Part shown: piece after piece, positions 22,001 to 31,718 of the stretch
Numbering within the stretch: position 1 is the stretch's first letter
Layout: the number at the start of each line of letters is the position of its first letter
DNA from: Candidatus Heimdallarchaeota archaeon
GTDB lineage: Archaea > Asgardarchaeota > Heimdallarchaeia > Hodarchaeales > Hodarchaeaceae
Length of the DNA: 64,000 bases
Direction of reading: 5' to 3'
Assembly (NCBI GenBank): GCA_020353515.1
Contig: CP070695.1
Span: forward strand, 537,173 to 601,172
The notes under the pieces: generated by a model
Told to the model about the DNA's origin: nothing
What the model saw: the letters and a program-made list of their open reading frames with translations, nothing else
Databases searched by the model: none
Made by a program: the position numbers and the translations under genes

Positions 22001-22171
22001 TTTGAATTTCAATCAGCGAGCTTCTCAGAGTCACCTATAATTTTTGTCGTACCATGGTTCCTTTTAACATTCCTTTTTGTCACATCTATTATTGTTGGTA
22101 TACTTGGAGCTGTGATACCTGGTCGGATTGTAGTGAGTAAAAGTCCTGTAGAGATTCTTCGAAGAGGATGA
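19022..22171 (+). CDS. FtsX/MacB-like ABC permease with two repeats; N-terminus probably extends to a non-canonical start at 19022
   Basis: ERIRDFAIMRTVG and EIGVLKSMG FtsX motifs; upstream in-frame ILRTIRKKKARAILG is a typical permease N-terminus. Confidence 0.85.
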   Translation, partial: TPIRVPWFYAEFILRTIRKKKARAILGFLGMMVSVSLIVSMNVLIDSLAADSLAIATASAGEVDVEFELVSADNHNVFTWAIDVNITDQLEINDVFDDGSWDGSSLTKLGFFRPWFNATELVQIYNKQPELRGVSPRLIIDSDYVRTSSERSEPFPTSLIFINTTREDQLDIGSLVSYQKNTPVPKLEANQVYILPSAARSLNVTTGDLIEIELYPFGLNDNKNRSEILGLNGTINLSIASIVKNQERFESGLSNAILLDYDMLFTIFQNYNITTKEIANQIVGAFPDVDGIQGGGTYNYRDLEGMKAKTLKIGEKLTSLLPYDTVFPSEDQQYHIMFSISFPRVQAILFIAEISTIARVLLDFMAAIALIIGGVLIYSLQTVSVEERIRDFAIMRTVGGKRRQIWIMVAIEGLSIVTLGSITGIFASLGLAPIFMRIMRFGDIALVISEVSVLTGLVAGLGIGIVSSFLPAYRATATNIVKGLDPLRQSIPEAKFSRERGINLTLLGVGIVLTITSAIVVVAIPQVLVGGGFIWLAFLIFGLLLVLLIGLDLISVALLIPVMEFLFSLPLELFRKTRKVKDIVVRSLRRNRRRTTATAVMFSLSFAFVFFVGVTMEVDAATAEYNAIMSNGSDVVLTSQRTGFFFFFFGSRDKVYYPINYGEQIKNRFLEQERHRLGNDSLELKRYNRSLSFTEVTPDLSYARTMFSLTEGNETKEYDASVRIGDASFFDSLSANIYGIAPNFLDILYNRITFSQGSLTDITAVAEGELNTAVISTGLASEFNLKRGDPFRLRISTFNATYDILNLTVKAVLDAAPGFSGFSTGTGFGGSDVWVSQETWQSLRQIIHSEKLLAPFGYLPIEKIFFKIEDPEAGHDPDFKLELGKKLGEFLSIYYPDAANEVTVEEVENAKESAASGQALFSTIMSLAVIISFFGLMSSMYSSVQESQFEIGVLKSMGLRNGDVRNYLIFESTILTLSSGACGALIGYILAYTFEFQSASFSESPIIFVVPWFLLTFLFVTSIIVGILGAVIPGRIVVSKSPVEILRRG

Positions 22172-22201
22172 ACTCAAATATTTCTCCTAGAGTGGGCACA
22201 A

Positions 22202-23368
22202 ATGAAAAATGAATTTGACTTACTTATAATTGGAGCAGGCCCAGCAGGTCTTGCAACAGCACTAGGCGCGAGAAGAGGCGGTGTTGAAAAAATTCTGGTT
22301 GTAGATCAACAACCAGCAGTTGGCACTCAATTAAAAGGGCAATCAATTCATTATCGTCCAGATAAATTAACAAAGATCTTTCTAGGGGATCTTCCTCGAA
22401 AAGCATTTGTGAGTGAAGTAAAATCATTTGGAAGGAATTACTATTCTCCGTCAGGAAAAAAAACATTTCACCTAGAAGATAATGTTGAAAGGGTCTGGAT
22501 TGATTTTCGCCTGTTTCTGAATGAACTTGTTAAGGAAGCAGTATTGGAAGATATTTTTTTAAGAGTAAATTCTAAGGCAATTAACTTGAAAGCGTTATCA
22601 GACAGTCAATTACAAGTATCTATCAAAGATCTATTAAAAAATCAATCAGAAACTGTAACTACACAAGTAATTGTTGGTGCTGAAGGAGCGAATAGTATAA
22701 CAGCTCAACATCAACACTTACCTCATCCATCCCCTCTTTGTCCAATTATTAGAGGACATTTTTTTGGGGAATATAATGAAAATGATATGGAATTTCTATT
22801 TTTTTCTGATGAAAACTTAGATGTAGCAGGTACAAGCTTTATTTTTCCTCACGGACATCAAAATGCAGAATTCGGATTTATCATTTTTCCAGAGGTTTCT
22901 AGTGATCCTCTTCCTGATCATTGGAAAATCTGGAAGAAGGTGTTAAATAGTCCTATGGTTAGAGAAAAGATAAGAATCTCAAGATTCTATGAAACAACCA
23001 AGTCAACAATACCTATGGGTGGCCCAGTCTTAAAAATTTACAAAAACAATTGTTTTATTATCGGAGAAGCCGCAGGGCATGTCACCCCTTCGGGAGGCTC
23101 TGGAATTCTAACGGGACTGGAACTAGGTTTGTTTTTAGGAGAACAGCTAGGAAAATCTTTTCCAAAATGGGATGAAGAAACCCTTAGGAACATTGAACAT
23201 CAAATCCTAAATCACCCAACCCATGAAAAGCTTTCACTAATGGCTCAAATCATTCTTCCATTCCGAAGGAGGCTTTTTCAGGAACTACGAACATGGGAAA
23301 AAATTGATCAAGATTGGGAAAACATTACTGAAATCCTTTCACTTGCCTTTGCCCCTAAAAATGAATGA
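22202..23368 (+). CDS. Geranylgeranyl reductase family FAD-dependent oxidoreductase
   Basis: IIGAGPAG, GAEGANS, FIFP, IIGEAAGHVTPSGGSGI. Confidence 0.85.
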   Translation: MKNEFDLLIIGAGPAGLATALGARRGGVEKILVVDQQPAVGTQLKGQSIHYRPDKLTKIFLGDLPRKAFVSEVKSFGRNYYSPSGKKTFHLEDNVERVWIDFRLFLNELVKEAVLEDIFLRVNSKAINLKALSDSQLQVSIKDLLKNQSETVTTQVIVGAEGANSITAQHQHLPHPSPLCPIIRGHFFGEYNENDMEFLFFSDENLDVAGTSFIFPHGHQNAEFGFIIFPEVSSDPLPDHWKIWKKVLNSPMVREKIRISRFYETTKSTIPMGGPVLKIYKNNCFIIGEAAGHVTPSGGSGILTGLELGLFLGEQLGKSFPKWDEETLRNIEHQILNHPTHEKLSLMAQIILPFRRRLFQELRTWEKIDQDWENITEILSLAFAPKNE

Positions 23369-23388
23369 AATTCATTAAGGATAATCAC

Positions 23389-24099
23389 TTAGATTACTAG
23401 AACACTTAGAGAAAGGAGGAAGATCGCAATATAATAAGTTACCATCACCTTCAAGACGTTTTTTGAAATTTTGTGATGAAACTCATGAATTCCAATCAGG
23501 GAATCAGAAACAATGAATATTAAAGCCCCAAAAACTACTACTATAGATTCTAATTTCCCTATAGCTATCCAGAGGAGAAAAGAAGAAACAAACATTAGAC
23601 TAATGACTACACAATATGCAATCACAGGAATTTTAAATTCTCCAAGACCAGTTTCCGACGAGTCGAGATATCGAAGGAACATGAACATGTATAATACTAC
23701 AACAAATACTACCACAGTAGATAGAATCAAATTATTAATTGTTAGGCCAATTGCAACCGCTTGACCCAGAAAAGCGATGCTTAGTAAAAATTGAGCTATT
23801 AAAAAAAGTGGTAAGCCAATCAAAATACCCTTTTCCAAACCAATGTCACCTGCAAAACAGAAAAAGAATGCTCCAAATAATATGAGATAGAAGAAGGAGT
23901 CATTAAGTCGCATAATTAAAACAAAAAAAGCTGCAAAAATTGCAGGTAATCCTTTAATGAAAGTACTGGTTGTATTAGCTAATCTCTGAATTGTTTGGTT
24001 CTCCACACGAATTTCTTTTACTTTAATACTCTTAAAAATTACGTAGATAGAAGCTAAAAGCAAAAAGATCAGAAAATAGATGAATAAAAATTCCCACAT
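23389..24099 (-). CDS. YhhN/TMEM86 lysoplasmalogenase family membrane protein
   Basis: FAGDIGL, FLIAQ, PVIAY, GALIFIVSDSLI, TYYIA. Confidence 0.85.
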   Translation of the reverse strand: MWEFLFIYFLIFLLLASIYVIFKSIKVKEIRVENQTIQRLANTTSTFIKGLPAIFAAFFVLIMRLNDSFFYLILFGAFFFCFAGDIGLEKGILIGLPLFLIAQFLLSIAFLGQAVAIGLTINNLILSTVVVFVVVLYMFMFLRYLDSSETGLGEFKIPVIAYCVVISLMFVSSFLLWIAIGKLESIVVVFGALIFIVSDSLIGIHEFHHKISKNVLKVMVTYYIAIFLLSLSVLVI

Positions 24100-24198
24100 G
24101 AAAATAAAAGGATAAAATTCTGTTTAAAAGGATTAAGTTATTATGTTTTTTGTGAGCTTATCAACTCTGATATAAGGACATTTGGTGTCACTTCGAAC

Positions 24199-24807
24199 AT
24201 GATTACCTGTATAGTGCTAGCTGCTGGCGAATCCAGACGTTTCCCAGGAAACAAACTACTTTTTGAGATCAAACCAAACCTAACAATTATCGAATATCTT
24301 CTGATGTCAATACTGGCTTCTAAGGTGGATCGGATATTTATTGTATTGGGGCATGAGGTAGAATTAGTCAATGAGAAAGTCCAAAGTTTAGATGCAGACA
24401 TACACACTATTATCAATCCACATTATAAGCAGGGAGGAATGTCCTCCTCTATACGACGGGGGATGGAAGAAGCGTTGGATAGTCACGCAGTTATGATCAC
24501 CCCAGCAGATATTCCCTTTATCCCCTCTGAAGTCTTTAACCAATTGATCGATCATTATCGTTCAATGTCACCTCTAATAATCATCCCTACTTACCAAGCA
24601 AGAAAAGGCCACCCTATTCTTATTAGCTCACAAGTTTTTAAACACGTCTTGAATATATCTGAGGAGAAAAGGGGTTTGAAGGAAATTATAGAACTGTTCA
24701 AAGAAAATATTACTTACCTTCCGACAAATTTTCAGGGAATACTTCACGATATTGATGATGTCTCTGATATAACTATAGTAAAATCCAAGATGGATATCGA
24801 TCAATGA
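24199..24807 (+). CDS. mocA: Molybdenum cofactor cytidylyltransferase
   Basis: VLAAGESRRF..NKLL, GMSSS, GHP, DIDD; heads an XDH-family operon. Confidence 0.85.
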   Translation: MITCIVLAAGESRRFPGNKLLFEIKPNLTIIEYLLMSILASKVDRIFIVLGHEVELVNEKVQSLDADIHTIINPHYKQGGMSSSIRRGMEEALDSHAVMITPADIPFIPSEVFNQLIDHYRSMSPLIIIPTYQARKGHPILISSQVFKHVLNISEEKRGLKEIIELFKENITYLPTNFQGILHDIDDVSDITIVKSKMDIDQ

Positions 24808-24947
24808 GAGAAACTTGAGAATGATGTTTTTCTCACAGACTATACTTATATAGAGAGATTGGCAGAGTGATAAAGATGCAAAGGAATTGAAAAAATTCTT
24901 TTTAAGCAAAGTATCTCCTCACCTAATTGCTATAAAAACGATGTCCC

Positions 24948-25196
24948 ATGATTTCAATAACCATAGAATTGATGGCAGCAGTTCGAAACCCTTTCCCAAG
25001 TAAAAAACGAAAAATTAAACTCATTAATCTTAATGATGGATTATCAATCAGAAGTTTGTTAATAGAAAGTGGTTTCCTTAAGAAGGAATTAGGCCATTTA
25101 ATTCCTATTGTAAATGGAACAAGAACATCAATGAATTATGAACTAAAAGATGGCGATCATCTATGGATTACTTTTCCGCTAGGCGGAGGTATATAG
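24948..25196 (+). CDS. MoaD/ThiS/SAMP-like ubiquitin-fold sulfur carrier
   Basis: IVNG..LKDGD..FPLGGGI C-terminus. Confidence 0.85.
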   Translation: MISITIELMAAVRNPFPSKKRKIKLINLNDGLSIRSLLIESGFLKKELGHLIPIVNGTRTSMNYELKDGDHLWITFPLGGGI

Positions 25197-25199
25197 GAT

Positions 25200-26021
25200 A
25201 TGAATCAAGAATACTATTATCCATCTAACCTAGAAGAGGCACTTAATTTACTCACAAAAGAATCCACGGTAATTATTGCTGGTGGTACTCATCTTACTAC
25301 ATCAAAAAATCGAGCTATCTCGAATTTCGTTGATATTACTCGATTAGGATTGAGTTATATAAAGAAAGACCAGCAATTAGCACGAGTGGGAAGTACTACA
25401 ACAATCACTGAAATGATAGAATCTCCTATCATAAAGCAGATTGGTAATGGGATTTTAACAAAAGCTTGTCAGCTGATTGGTGATACTCCCTTACGAAATG
25501 TTATCACCATAGGGGGTAATATTGCAGGGATTTACCCATGGGTGGGTTTACCAGTCGTTTTACTTGTGCTAGACGCGGAAATTGAAATAAAAACTCTGAA
25601 TGGGACTAAAAAAGTCCTAGCGAATGATTATTACAAGGGAAAAAAACTACAAAAGGGTGCAATCATAACAGAAGTAGCTTTCCCTTTCCGAGATGATTAT
25701 TTTTGTCAGTATGAGAAGTTTTCATTAACTACAGTAGATTACTCATGGCTTACTATGGCTTTTGCAACAAAAAATGAGAATGGTACAATTGTTGATCCCC
25801 ACCTTGCAGTTTCACGTGTATCAAAAACTCAACGAGTAAGTCAGGTAGAAGAATTTCTAGAGGGAAAATCATTAACTGATTTAGACTTGAATACAGCTGT
25901 ATCAATTCTAAAGAACTCAATCAAGGTAGTTGCTGATTACAGGTCTTCAAAAACGTATCGGGAGCATCTTTTAGGAGTATTATTTCGAAGAATGCTAATT
26001 GGAATGACAGGAGGTTTATGA
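25200..26021 (+). CDS. Xanthine dehydrogenase family FAD-binding subunit
   Basis: YYYPSNLEEAL, AGGT, LRNVITIGGNI, DYRSSKTYR. Confidence 0.92.
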   Translation: MNQEYYYPSNLEEALNLLTKESTVIIAGGTHLTTSKNRAISNFVDITRLGLSYIKKDQQLARVGSTTTITEMIESPIIKQIGNGILTKACQLIGDTPLRNVITIGGNIAGIYPWVGLPVVLLVLDAEIEIKTLNGTKKVLANDYYKGKKLQKGAIITEVAFPFRDDYFCQYEKFSLTTVDYSWLTMAFATKNENGTIVDPHLAVSRVSKTQRVSQVEEFLEGKSLTDLDLNTAVSILKNSIKVVADYRSSKTYREHLLGVLFRRMLIGMTGGL

Positions 26022-26491
26022 TGATAAAAATTAATCTTACAATTAATGGAAAAGCAAAAACTTTCACAATAAAACCTGATGAACTCCTGATCGATGTCTT
26101 ACGAAAGGAGGGGTATAAAGGGGTGAAGAGGGGTTGCGACGAAGGTACCTGCGGGGCGTGTACGATTATTCTTAACGGTAGAGCCGTTAAATCATGTATA
26201 TTATTTGCTGCTCAAGCCCATGAAGGTTCAATAACTACTATTGAAGGAATTGGGACTCGTGATCATCCCCACCCAATTCAACAAGCCTTTGTTGATGAAG
26301 GTGTTGTGCAATGTGGGTTTTGTATTCCCGGCCTAATTATTAGTGCTAAAACACTCCTGGACCAGAATCCTGCACCTACTAAAGAAGAAGTAAAAAAGGC
26401 TCTTGATGGAAATCTATGTCGATGTACTGGCTACTCTGGTCAAATCAAAGCAGTACTTGACGCTGCTGCAGTTATGAGAGGTGAAAAATAG
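26018..26491 (+). CDS. Xanthine dehydrogenase family 2x[2Fe-2S] subunit
   Basis: GCDEGTCGAC, QCGFC, CRCTGY. Confidence 0.95.
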   Translation: MMIKINLTINGKAKTFTIKPDELLIDVLRKEGYKGVKRGCDEGTCGACTIILNGRAVKSCILFAAQAHEGSITTIEGIGTRDHPHPIQQAFVDEGVVQCGFCIPGLIISAKTLLDQNPAPTKEEVKKALDGNLCRCTGYSGQIKAVLDAAAVMRGEK

Positions 26492-28827
26492 TGAGTCCAA
26501 AGATTTTTGAGGGAAAAGTGGTTGGAAAAAGCATTGCTAAGGTCGACGCACTAAGTTTAGCAATGGGAAAACCTTTATATACAGATGATATGGATTTCAA
26601 GGATTTAGTTCATGTTAAACTACTGACGAGTCCCCATGCTCACGCTATAATCACTGATATTGACACTAGTGCTGCAGAAGAATACCCTGGAGTATTGGGA
26701 ATATTAACTCATAAGAATTGCTCCCGAGTTCTTCATACAACGGCAGGACAAGGATATCCCGAGCCAAGTCCTTATGATACTCGCTTATTTAATAAAAAGG
26801 TGAAATTTGTAGGAGATCAAGTAGCTGCAGTTGCAGCTGAAACATTAGAAATCGCTAAAGAAGCTGTAAAACTCATTAAGGTGAAATATAAGCCTTTAAA
26901 ACCTATTTTTAATTGGGATCATGCCATAGGCAATGAAACTGTTATTCATGATGAAGGTGATACCAAATACCTTATCCCTGTATTTTATGATCCAGCTAAG
27001 AATCATGTAGCCCACATAGACGCAGAGGTTGGAGATATTGACAAAGGAATTGCTGAAGCCGATCACATTGTAGATCGTACAGTGAGGAACCATTATGGGC
27101 AACATTGTCCTTTAGAGCCTCACATCTCAATTGCTTACTTAGACGAACATGATCGGTTAGTAGTACGGTCAGCAACTCAGGTTCCATTCCACGCAAGAAG
27201 AATAATAGCCCAAGTGTTGGGTCTACCAATTGCTAGAGTCAGGGTAATAAAACCACGGATTGGTGGAGGGTTTGGTGCAAAGCAGGAAATAATTACAGAG
27301 ATAATTGCTGCTTCCTTTACTCTCCAATTAAAAAGACCAGTAAAATTAGAGTATACAAGGAAGGAAGAGTTTATTTCTGCACGGACCCGTCACCCAATGA
27401 CAACGAGATTGAAAGCTGGAGTTAAGAAAGATGGGACAATAACTGCTATAGATATGAAAGTCCTAAGCAACACTGGTGCATACGGAACTCATGGTTTAAC
27501 CGTATTAAGTAATACTGGGAGTAAAACCTTACCATTGTACCATTGTGACAATATCCGCTTTGTTGGCGACACTGTTTACACAAATCTTCCTGTTGCAGGA
27601 GCATACAGGGGATATGGTGGTACACAAGCTGCACTAGCCATGGAAATCGTGATGGATGAACTGGCGAGAAAAATCGATATGGATCCTGCAGAATTTAGAT
27701 TGATAAATCATATCAAACCTGGTGAGACTTCCCCAATTTTCAAAGCTCTTGGAGAAGGCACTGAAGGACATGAACAAACAATAGACTCCTGTGGCCTTTC
27801 AGATTGTATAAAACAAGGAGCGGATGCCATTGGATGGTGGTCTAGGGAAGATCATAAGAAAAAATTCAATACTGAAACGAAAAAGAGAGGTTTTGGTTTA
27901 ATATGCATCATGCAAGGTTCAGCAATACCATATATTGACATGGCAGGGGCTTATGCGAAAATGAATGATGATGGATCATTCAATCTCCTAGTGGGAGCAA
28001 CTGATATTGGAACTGGGAGTGACACAATTTTAGCTCAAATATTCGCGGAAGTCTTAAACCTTAATGTTGGGACTGATGTTATTGTATTTTCCTCTGATAC
28101 CGATATTACACCTTTCGATAAAGGAGCTTACGCCTCATCTACAACTTATCTCTCTGGAATGGCGGTAAAAAACTTAGCTGAAAAAATAAAGAAACAGCTT
28201 CTAGATTATGCTGCAGTTCTAATGAATCTTCCTGCCAACGAACTTGAACTAAGAGAAAAGGCTGTATTTCACCCTAAAACCAAGAAATCCTTGAGTTTTA
28301 CTGAAATAGGCACAAAAGCTCTTTATACTGAGAATCAGCAACAGATAGGGCAGGTCGCATCAGAATTGGCCCGGAAATCACCTCCTCCATTCTGTGCTCA
28401 CTTTGCTGAGGTGGAGGTAGACATAGAAACTGGGAGAGTTAAAATCCTGAGATATGTTGCAGCAGTGGATTGTGGAACTCCAATAAATCCTAAATTAGTC
28501 ATTGGCCAAACGGAAGGTGCATTAGTAAACGGATTGGGTTATGCATTAAGCGAAAGTTATCATTTCAATGCCCAAGGAAGGATGATGAACCCATCATTCA
28601 GGAATTACAAGATAATGACAACCATTGATCTACCAGAAATAAAAACCATTATTGTCAAAACTTACGAACCATCAGGCCCATTCGGTGCAAAATCAATAGC
28701 TGAACCCAACATAAGTGGACCTATGCCTTGCCTTTCAAATGCCATTTATGACGCGATTGGTATTCGTATCACTGAACCTCCATATACCCCTGACAGAGTG
28801 TTGAAAGCAATCCAAGATCATAAATAA
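26491..28827 (+). CDS. Xanthine dehydrogenase family molybdopterin-binding subunit (XdhD/YgfN-like)
   Basis: TTAGQGYPEPSPYD, GGGFGAKQE, AYRGYG, ASSTT, GPFGAKSIAE. Confidence 0.93.
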   Translation: MSPKIFEGKVVGKSIAKVDALSLAMGKPLYTDDMDFKDLVHVKLLTSPHAHAIITDIDTSAAEEYPGVLGILTHKNCSRVLHTTAGQGYPEPSPYDTRLFNKKVKFVGDQVAAVAAETLEIAKEAVKLIKVKYKPLKPIFNWDHAIGNETVIHDEGDTKYLIPVFYDPAKNHVAHIDAEVGDIDKGIAEADHIVDRTVRNHYGQHCPLEPHISIAYLDEHDRLVVRSATQVPFHARRIIAQVLGLPIARVRVIKPRIGGGFGAKQEIITEIIAASFTLQLKRPVKLEYTRKEEFISARTRHPMTTRLKAGVKKDGTITAIDMKVLSNTGAYGTHGLTVLSNTGSKTLPLYHCDNIRFVGDTVYTNLPVAGAYRGYGGTQAALAMEIVMDELARKIDMDPAEFRLINHIKPGETSPIFKALGEGTEGHEQTIDSCGLSDCIKQGADAIGWWSREDHKKKFNTETKKRGFGLICIMQGSAIPYIDMAGAYAKMNDDGSFNLLVGATDIGTGSDTILAQIFAEVLNLNVGTDVIVFSSDTDITPFDKGAYASSTTYLSGMAVKNLAEKIKKQLLDYAAVLMNLPANELELREKAVFHPKTKKSLSFTEIGTKALYTENQQQIGQVASELARKSPPPFCAHFAEVEVDIETGRVKILRYVAAVDCGTPINPKLVIGQTEGALVNGLGYALSESYHFNAQGRMMNPSFRNYKIMTTIDLPEIKTIIVKTYEPSGPFGAKSIAEPNISGPMPCLSNAIYDAIGIRITEPPYTPDRVLKAIQDHK

Positions 28828-29017
28828 AGCTGTAGTCATTAATTAGTTTTGAGTTGAATAGAAATTTTTATGTTATTATCTGAAGTAAGGAGAAAAATAG
28901 CAATTTAGATTGAAGATAAATGCTAATGCATATGATTAAAAATCTTGAACATCGTCTAATTCTTGAAAGCTACTACCAATTACTAAGCCTGAAGATTTTC
29001 AAGAGGCGATATTTGAA

Positions 29018-30847
29018 ATGCCCTACGAATTTACACCTTTTGGGGTCGTAATGGGGGCAGTAACTATTTTAGCTTTTGGAATTGCAGTTTATCCACTTAT
29101 ATTTCGTCCAAAATCACGCTTGATAGCTCATTTTGTCTTACTTATCAGTAGTAGTGTGATCTGGTGCCTTGGATACACTCTAGAGATCTTCGCTACTGAC
29201 CAGGTAACAAAATTGTTATGGGTTAGATTTGAATATATCGGAATAATGTTAATATCTCCCCTCTTTCTATTTTTTGTCTTAGTGTTCACACAACGCACTA
29301 AAATTGCTTCTAAACCGATTATGGGATTACTATTCTTCCCTCCACTTCTTCATTGGTTACTTCTTGCAACGAATGAATTTCACGGTCTATTTTATAATTC
29401 CATTACCCTAAATACGGAAGGACCACTTATAACATTAAACCTGGAATATGGACTTGCATTCTACAGTCACACTATCTATTCTTATCTCTTATTGGTATTT
29501 GCATTTTTCTTGCTTATTCGAACCTATCTAGATATCAAAGCTACTCTAGAGGGAAATACTCTTTTTCAAAAACAAATTTTAATTGTAGGTATTGGGACAA
29601 TTTTTCCCATTATAGGAAATATTATCCGGATCTTAAAAATCCCCCCCTTTACATTTATAGATCTTACCTCTGTTGCTTTTGTGATCTGTTATATTCTGTA
29701 TTTCTATGCACTATTTGAAATCGGGTTTTTGGATATTGTACCGTTCGCCCATCAGTATATTATTCGAAATTTAGCAGATATTGGGATAATAGCCACGACT
29801 ACAGATAATTTAATTGTAGATATCAACAAACCTGCTTGTCAATATATATTTGAAGCAGATTGCCCAAATATTATTGGAAGTAATCTCTTTTCAATACTGT
29901 ATTCTTTAAACAGGTTGAAACCATATCACGAAGGTATACACCGAATTGAGAACACATTACACGAAATGTCAGGTGAAATAATAGACTTTGAAATGGAATT
30001 CCTTGATTCCCCAGATCCTCGCGCCCAATCTTTTAAAATTACCCTCCAAGCATTACGAGATAAAGGGGAGATAATTGGTTACATCTACATCGTCCACAAT
30101 ATTTCCTTAGAGAAAGAAATGGAAATGTTACTCCGAAAAAATATCGATTTCAAAACCTCACTTTTAAGTGTCATCTCACATGATTTAAAAAATCAATTAA
30201 CGATAATCCAAGGTTTTACTGATATCTTAAGAAAAGAACTAGCTCCCATTCAGAACTTTGATGAATTGGTAGAATCGTTAGATGGGATCGAAGCTAAAGC
30301 AGTGCAAATGCAGGAAATTATTACTGATGTGAGAAGTTACTTAAAGACAATGGGATCCTTTGAAGAGGCTCAGTTAACATTTATTAACATCAAAGAGATA
30401 ATTAGTGAGGTCATTTCAGTCTTAGAACAAGCATCAACTGAAAAAAATCTAACAATCAACGTTACCTGGCCTTCAGAACCCAATATTTATACATTCGCGG
30501 ATATGCGCCTTCGTAGCGTCTTTAACAATATGATAGATAATGCGATTAAATGGAGTCCTCCAAATGATGTAATTGAAATTGTTGTGGCCAAAGAGAACCA
30601 GTTTTGGGTTTGTAGCATTAGTGATCATGGCCCGGGAGTCCCAGATGGCATTAAAGAGGAGATATTCAAACCATTTGTCAGTATTGGACCAGAAGGCAAA
30701 ATAGGTAGTGGTTTGGGTTTATCTATTAGCCGAGAAATACTACAATCTTACAAAAGCAAGATCTGGATAGAGGATGTCGAACCTCAAGGAGCAAGATTTG
30801 CATTCAAATTACTAATTGTGGAAAAAAAAGCGGTATTTGAGGATTAA
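29018..30847 (+). CDS. Sensor histidine kinase (7TM N-terminus, PAS-like, HisKA, HATPase)
   Basis: ~7 TM segments; SHDLKNQL H-box; DNAIKW; DHGPG; GSGLGL. Confidence 0.92.
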   Translation: MPYEFTPFGVVMGAVTILAFGIAVYPLIFRPKSRLIAHFVLLISSSVIWCLGYTLEIFATDQVTKLLWVRFEYIGIMLISPLFLFFVLVFTQRTKIASKPIMGLLFFPPLLHWLLLATNEFHGLFYNSITLNTEGPLITLNLEYGLAFYSHTIYSYLLLVFAFFLLIRTYLDIKATLEGNTLFQKQILIVGIGTIFPIIGNIIRILKIPPFTFIDLTSVAFVICYILYFYALFEIGFLDIVPFAHQYIIRNLADIGIIATTTDNLIVDINKPACQYIFEADCPNIIGSNLFSILYSLNRLKPYHEGIHRIENTLHEMSGEIIDFEMEFLDSPDPRAQSFKITLQALRDKGEIIGYIYIVHNISLEKEMEMLLRKNIDFKTSLLSVISHDLKNQLTIIQGFTDILRKELAPIQNFDELVESLDGIEAKAVQMQEIITDVRSYLKTMGSFEEAQLTFINIKEIISEVISVLEQASTEKNLTINVTWPSEPNIYTFADMRLRSVFNNMIDNAIKWSPPNDVIEIVVAKENQFWVCSISDHGPGVPDGIKEEIFKPFVSIGPEGKIGSGLGLSISREILQSYKSKIWIEDVEPQGARFAFKLLIVEKKAVFED

Positions 30848-30850
30848 AGA

Positions 30851-31711
30851 TCACACATTGTTAATTAAAAATCGAGATAATAAAACCCCAGTCATAGCTT
30901 GACGATAGTTTTTATTAGATCTAACGTCATCTATAGGAACACATTCCGTTTGAATTAGGTCGTGAGCTTCATCAATCAATTTTTGTGTAAGTATCTTGTT
31001 TTTGAGTAGATTCTCTGTCTTTTTTCCACGAACAACGGTAGGGGAAACAGCCCCGAGTGCTATTCGGATTTCTTCTATTTCATTTCCTTTATTTGGTTGT
31101 AGCATTTCAACTCCAACTGATACAACATTACATGATAAAGCTTGACGTTGACGAAGTGTAAGATAATCACCTACAAAATTTGGAAGTTTAGGTACACTAA
31201 TTTTTGTCACGATTCCCGAAGAATCCAATCCAATGAAACCTGGTCCTGTTATAAATTCTTCAATTGGTACTGTTGTGGTTTGATCCTGTGTTTGAATCTC
31301 TATTATTGCATTCCGACAATAAAGAATGGGGAGTGAATCCGCAGCAGGGCTTGCATGACACATATTACCAGCAATTGTCCCCGTATTTCGGATCTGGGGT
31401 GATCCGATATATGATACCGCTTTAGCTAGAGCAGGAATATGTGATTGTATAAGTGGATGATTAGATATTTCAGAATGAGTCATTAAGGGGCCTATCTCAA
31501 TTGTATCAGGTGTTTCTCTAACAAAATGAAGTGCTTGGATTTTATTAAGGTCTAGAAGCGATGGTTGTTCTCCCCAATCAACTCGATTATTCCGAATACT
31601 CACGAGAACATCAGTTCCTCCAGCAAGAGGATGTATATTTGCTCCAAAGGTGGCTTTTAATTCTAACGCTTCTTCTAAACTCACGGGTGAATGAACATTA
31701 AATTTGTACAT
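30851..31711 (-). CDS. Xanthine dehydrogenase family FAD-binding subunit (second operon)
   Basis: LAGGTD, IGSPQIRNTGTIAGN, ASPAAD, DDVRS; likely start MYKFN at 31711. Confidence 0.92.
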   Translation of the reverse strand: MYKFNVHSPVSLEEALELKATFGANIHPLAGGTDVLVSIRNNRVDWGEQPSLLDLNKIQALHFVRETPDTIEIGPLMTHSEISNHPLIQSHIPALAKAVSYIGSPQIRNTGTIAGNMCHASPAADSLPILYCRNAIIEIQTQDQTTTVPIEEFITGPGFIGLDSSGIVTKISVPKLPNFVGDYLTLRQRQALSCNVVSVGVEMLQPNKGNEIEEIRIALGAVSPTVVRGKKTENLLKNKILTQKLIDEAHDLIQTECVPIDDVRSNKNYRQAMTGVLLSRFLINNV

Positions 31712-31718
31712 AGTTTCT

